Notes under the pieces: model-generated
The model's input: only the letters and a program-made list of their open reading frames with translations
The model's database searches: none
Told to the model about the DNA's origin: nothing
Part shown: piece after piece, positions 60,588 through 64,000 of the stretch
Layout of the letters: the number at the start of each line of letters is the position of its first letter
Numbering within the stretch: the first letter of the stretch is position 1
Translations under genes and position numbers: made by a program
NCBI GenBank assembly: GCA_965209035.1
Contig: OZ242372.1
Location: forward strand, 1,056,001-1,120,000
Length of the DNA: 64,000 bases
Direction: 5' to 3'
Origin: Gammaproteobacteria bacterium
GTDB lineage: Bacteria; Pseudomonadota; Gammaproteobacteria; CBDBNL01; JAAOII01

Positions 60588-62321
60588 GTGCTGAGTGCTG
60601 CGTCCGGGCGGGCCGGGGCAGTGGGCTCGGGGGCGGTATTGAGGCAGGCGGGCATTCATTTGGGTGAAAACTTGAATCGGGTTTTAGGCCTGTGCCTGCT
60701 GCTCGTTCTTGCAAGCAGTGGTATGGTATGTGCGGATGAGTATTCGGCAAAACAGGGCGGGGGCGGCGAGAGGATCCGCCTGGCGGCGGAAGATGCCGAC
60801 AACGGCGATCTGTTCATCATTGAAGAATCTACAGAGGAGACGGATGCCAGAACGGGGGATCGGGGGAATGGAAAAAATCGGGGTTGGGAGTATATGACGA
60901 AGCATTTCGGCGGCGAGGTGATAGGCTCTTATGCGGGCATCGGCGACGCAAACAACGAGAGGTCGGGGCTGCAGGGAAGGCTGCGGTTCCGGGAAGATTG
61001 GTCTTGGGGCGGCGCGGTGGTGGAGGCGATTGCCTACTATTCAAGAGTGGATCTGACCCTGGGGCGCGGCGAGAACGGCGGCGAAGATGTGTTTAGCCAA
61101 ACTTTTGAAGCGAGCGACCAAATGCTGCGCGAGGCCTATGTGCGCGCCGACCCGTTTGAGTGGTGGCGGCTGATAGCCGGGCGGCAGGTGGTGTCGATCG
61201 GGCAGTTTGATATTTTTTCGCCGGTGGATTTTGTGTTGCCGGTGGATTTTACCAACACGCGCCTTTCTTACAACAAGGTGGAATACCGCTTACCGCAGGA
61301 CGCCTTGCGGAATAATTTTTACTTTGGCGGCAACTGGCGGCTTGAAACAGTTTGGTTTCCCACTCTCCGCACGGACGATTTTACGCGTGTGGTGCAGTCG
61401 GCGCCGCAACAATATTATGACCCGACGCTGGGGCCGGAGGGCCGGGATGTGACGGTGAAAACCGAATTCCCCGCGGACGAAAATCAATACTTACTTCGGT
61501 TGATCTATGAGGGAAATGACCTCACTTATGGCTTCACTTTTTATGACGGTTACGATCTGTTTGCACTCGGCGGTGCGACGCATGTTTTGCGTAAGGGTGT
61601 GGGGCCGGGGCCTCCGGACGAACAGCGACAAGCGGATTGGTATTATCGGGAGATCCGGCCGAGCACGCAACGCCGGCGTGCCTATGGGTTTGAGTTGGCA
61701 AAACAGATTAAGAAGTTTTCTGTGAAGTTTGAAATTCTGGCGGAACGGGGAATAGAGATTTTGAACTTTATCACAAGTCCCGTTGAACTCCTGAACGCCG
61801 ACGAGAGGAGATATGTTAATTTTATCCGAGACGAGAACGGCGGCCGGCTGGATGTGGAAAGGGAGCAGATACTCGCCGCGTTGGGGTTTGACTATTACGG
61901 CGACAAGAATTTCTTTAATGTGTATCTGCTCGGCTTTCAAGAGTTTTTGGACAGTCGCAGCCGGCGCGCGGTTGAACTGGCGGATCGTGCCTATCCGGAG
62001 CAAACTGTGATCAATGCCAATGTGTTTCCGGCATTTAATATGGGCGGTTTTTACGGCGAGCGCAAACAACACACGGTGGGTTTTATCGGCGGTTTTTTGA
62101 GTTTTGCCCTGGGCGGAAGTTTGTATTATCTGAACGACTATTACGAGTCGTTTCAATATGGGGTTTCGTTGGAAGCATTACAGTATCTGAGTAACGCTGT
62201 TTACGGGCAACAAGCGGCAAATGAAGACGATGAAACCATGGCCGTCGGCGACGAAATGGGAGTCCAACAACGCAACCCCGTTACAGTCGGCTTGCGGGTC
62301 GGGTTTGAGTATAGTTTCTGA
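60588..62321 (+). CDS. Putative outer-membrane beta-barrel protein, copy 2
   Basis: Paralog of copy 1; terminal GFEYSF; true start probably ~60660. Confidence 0.7.
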   Translation: MLSAASGRAGAVGSGAVLRQAGIHLGENLNRVLGLCLLLVLASSGMVCADEYSAKQGGGGERIRLAAEDADNGDLFIIEESTEETDARTGDRGNGKNRGWEYMTKHFGGEVIGSYAGIGDANNERSGLQGRLRFREDWSWGGAVVEAIAYYSRVDLTLGRGENGGEDVFSQTFEASDQMLREAYVRADPFEWWRLIAGRQVVSIGQFDIFSPVDFVLPVDFTNTRLSYNKVEYRLPQDALRNNFYFGGNWRLETVWFPTLRTDDFTRVVQSAPQQYYDPTLGPEGRDVTVKTEFPADENQYLLRLIYEGNDLTYGFTFYDGYDLFALGGATHVLRKGVGPGPPDEQRQADWYYREIRPSTQRRRAYGFELAKQIKKFSVKFEILAERGIEILNFITSPVELLNADERRYVNFIRDENGGRLDVEREQILAALGFDYYGDKNFFNVYLLGFQEFLDSRSRRAVELADRAYPEQTVINANVFPAFNMGGFYGERKQHTVGFIGGFLSFALGGSLYYLNDYYESFQYGVSLEALQYLSNAVYGQQAANEDDETMAVGDEMGVQQRNPVTVGLRVGFEYSF

Positions 62322-62520
62322 TAGTGTTTTAAGCCGGCGGCGTCCCAATGATTGACGGCATCCGGTAAATACTTTTTTGAATCTCCTATGAAGGAAGTGC
62401 CAAACCGGGGCGGTTGCCTGTTCCGCCGCCATCCGACAAATACTTCTTTGAATCTTCTTTGAAGGAAGCAGCCAAAGATTCGTTCCGGTTGTATGGGTCT
62501 CGGGAAGTTCGGAAAGTGCC

Positions 62521-63087
62521 TTTAGTTAATCGTCTTATAATAAGCAATGTACAGCCAAGATCTGAGGCACAGGTAAACTCTGTGTAGGAGTGACGGGCCC
62601 CGCCCCCCGACATGCAAATGTTGGGGGTGCTTTTTTAAACCATCCAAACAATTTCCGTTATAACGGAGAAAACATAAGATCTCGGGAAGTGTTTTTTTAG
62701 TTAATCGTCTTATAATAAGCAATGTACAGCCAAGATCTGAGGCACAGGTAAACTCTGTGTAGGAGTGACGGGCCCCGCCCCCCGACATGCAAATGTTGGG
62801 GGTGCTTTTTTAAACCCCCAATACAATTTTTCGAAACACCGAATACGACTTCGTTTCACCGGTCACCGCCTTTGGGTGAAAATGAGCATTCCCCAAAGTG
62901 CCAAAACCCACCCGCAACTATGTTGTTTGCATAAGGGTGCGGTACATAATCCGCAAATCGGTGTTTTTTTAGTTAATCGTCTTATAATGGATAATGATCA
63001 GCCAAGATCTGAGGCACAGGTAAACTCTGTGTAGGAGTGACGGGCCCCGCCCCCCGACATGCAAATGTTGGGGGTGCTTTTTTAAAC
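62521..63087 (+). repeat. Three 120-bp direct repeats (62521-62640, 62696-62815, 62968-63087)
   Basis: Identical core CAGCCAAGATCTGAGGCACAGGTAAACTCTGTGTAGGAGTGACGGGCCCCGCCCCCCGACATGCAAATGTTGGGGGTGCTTTTTTAAAC. Confidence 0.95.
62548..62636 (+). ncRNA. Candidate structured small RNA (also in repeats 2 and 3)
   Basis: TATAAT at 62536-62541, hairpin GCACAG..CTGTGT, terminator CCCCCGACAT-GCAA-ATGTTGGGGG followed by T6. Confidence 0.45.
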
Positions 63088-63260
63088 CCCCGATACAATT
63101 TTTTCGAAACACGAGATATGCCACCGTTTCACCGGTCACCGCCTTTGGGTGAAAATGAGCATTTCCAAAAGCACCAAAACCCACCCGCAACTATGTTGTT
63201 TGCCCAAAAACACGGTATAGCTGCTGTTGTGTATGTGATATAATAACCGAAAATTTTTAT

Positions 63261-64000
63261 ATGTCTAAGCTTAAATATCCTATGAAGCCAAAGGTTTGTG
63301 CTTATGTTGACGGGTATAACCTGTATTACGGATGTCTTAAAGACAATCCGCAATATAAGTGGCTGGATGTTACAAAATTTTTGGAGTTGTTATTGGGCGG
63401 TTCTTATGATATTGGCAAAATCAAGTACTTTACGGCACGCATTAAGAGTTTATACTTACCGACTCTAAAAAATGTAAATGCAACAAAAGAAGATGAAAGA
63501 GAAAGAGAACAAGAACAAAAAAAAGAAAGACAGGCAGCCTACCTAAGGGCGTTAAAGACTCATTCTCGTATAGAAATTATAAAAGGCCATTATGTTGCTC
63601 GCAATGAAGCGAAAAAAGTTCCCGAGGTTAAGAATAAGAATAAGAAGTTGTACTTTACAGGGCGTAATGTTTTCATAAGAAAAGTTGAAGAAAAAGGAAC
63701 CGATGTTAATCTTGCCGTTCATCTACTTGCCGATGCCTTTCGTGATAGATATGATAGGGCTGTTGTCGTGAGTGCCGACACAGATTTAAGGCAAGCGATC
63801 GAGATGGTCAAAAAAGAGTGCAGCAAACCGGTGAGTGTTATCAATCCAAATATAAACAATCTTCGTAGTGGACTGGAAAAAATTGCGGATGAGTATATTC
63901 CTTTGGGGAAAGACAAAATTCTCTCTTGTTCTTTCCTTGGTAAAGCACAACTACCCAATGAGATTCCTATAGAAGGATCATCAGATGTAATCAAGAAACC
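63261..64000 (+). CDS. NYN domain (LabA/DUF88, PIN-like) ribonuclease, 3' end off window
   Basis: Translated by hand; not in ORF track. YVDGYNLYYG, IKYFTARI, EEKGTDVNLA, VVSADTDL. Confidence 0.9.
   Translation, partial: MSKLKYPMKPKVCAYVDGYNLYYGCLKDNPQYKWLDVTKFLELLLGGSYDIGKIKYFTARIKSLYLPTLKNVNATKEDEREREQEQKKERQAAYLRALKTHSRIEIIKGHYVARNEAKKVPEVKNKNKKLYFTGRNVFIRKVEEKGTDVNLAVHLLADAFRDRYDRAVVVSADTDLRQAIEMVKKECSKPVSVINPNINNLRSGLEKIADEYIPLGKDKILSCSFLGKAQLPNEIPIEGSSDVIKK

Noticed and set aside
62461-62476. SRP (4.5S) RNA, from the GAAGGAAGCAGCCAA match
   Set aside because: The upstream CAGGTCCG half of helix 8 and the long stem are missing; the segment belongs to a local duplication with ~62367-62404.
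62521-63087. CRISPR array
   Set aside because: Repeats are 120 bp, intervals are unequal, and the intervening DNA is itself partly duplicated.
62386-63243. Short ORFs in the 120-bp repeats as type I toxins
   Set aside because: Not hydrophobic, and lengths and ends differ between copies.
1-64000. tRNA, rRNA, prophage or integron integrase
   Set aside because: None recognised by eye; tRNAscan-SE and Infernal were not run.

Overview
Bacterial chromosomal window, probably a gammaproteobacterium (smc-coaE-pilD-galU-rluC block at 1-7 kb). The expanded TPR and Fn3/TSP3/GLUG surface proteins suggest a host-associated marine symbiont, but that is inference. After the housekeeping block come: (1) two IS481-like elements with exact 5-bp target duplications, plus short MITE-like relics of the same family; (2) a putative catabolic cluster (HisD/HpsN-like dehydrogenase, SDR, SnoaL-like protein, solute-binding protein, cupin, MetE-like Zn enzyme, alpha/beta hydrolase) split by a group of GLUG-repeat lipoprotein genes and fragments; (3) tandem Bor-like and DUF4870-like paralogs; (4) a ~26-kb defence island (orphan MTase, DUF4209/HEPN-like, EVE-like/NucS-like nuclease, Type ISP R-M, GmrSD, HARE-HTH/GIY-YIG) with six tandem TPR genes embedded in it; (5) two beta-barrel paralogs; (6) three copies of a 120-bp -10/structured-RNA/terminator cassette directly upstream of an NYN (LabA/DUF88) ribonuclease gene, the best candidate for an undescribed RNA-nuclease system. 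Two TPR genes also carry an out-of-frame membrane anchor behind poly-A tracts. All family calls come from motif recognition by eye; no database search was run.
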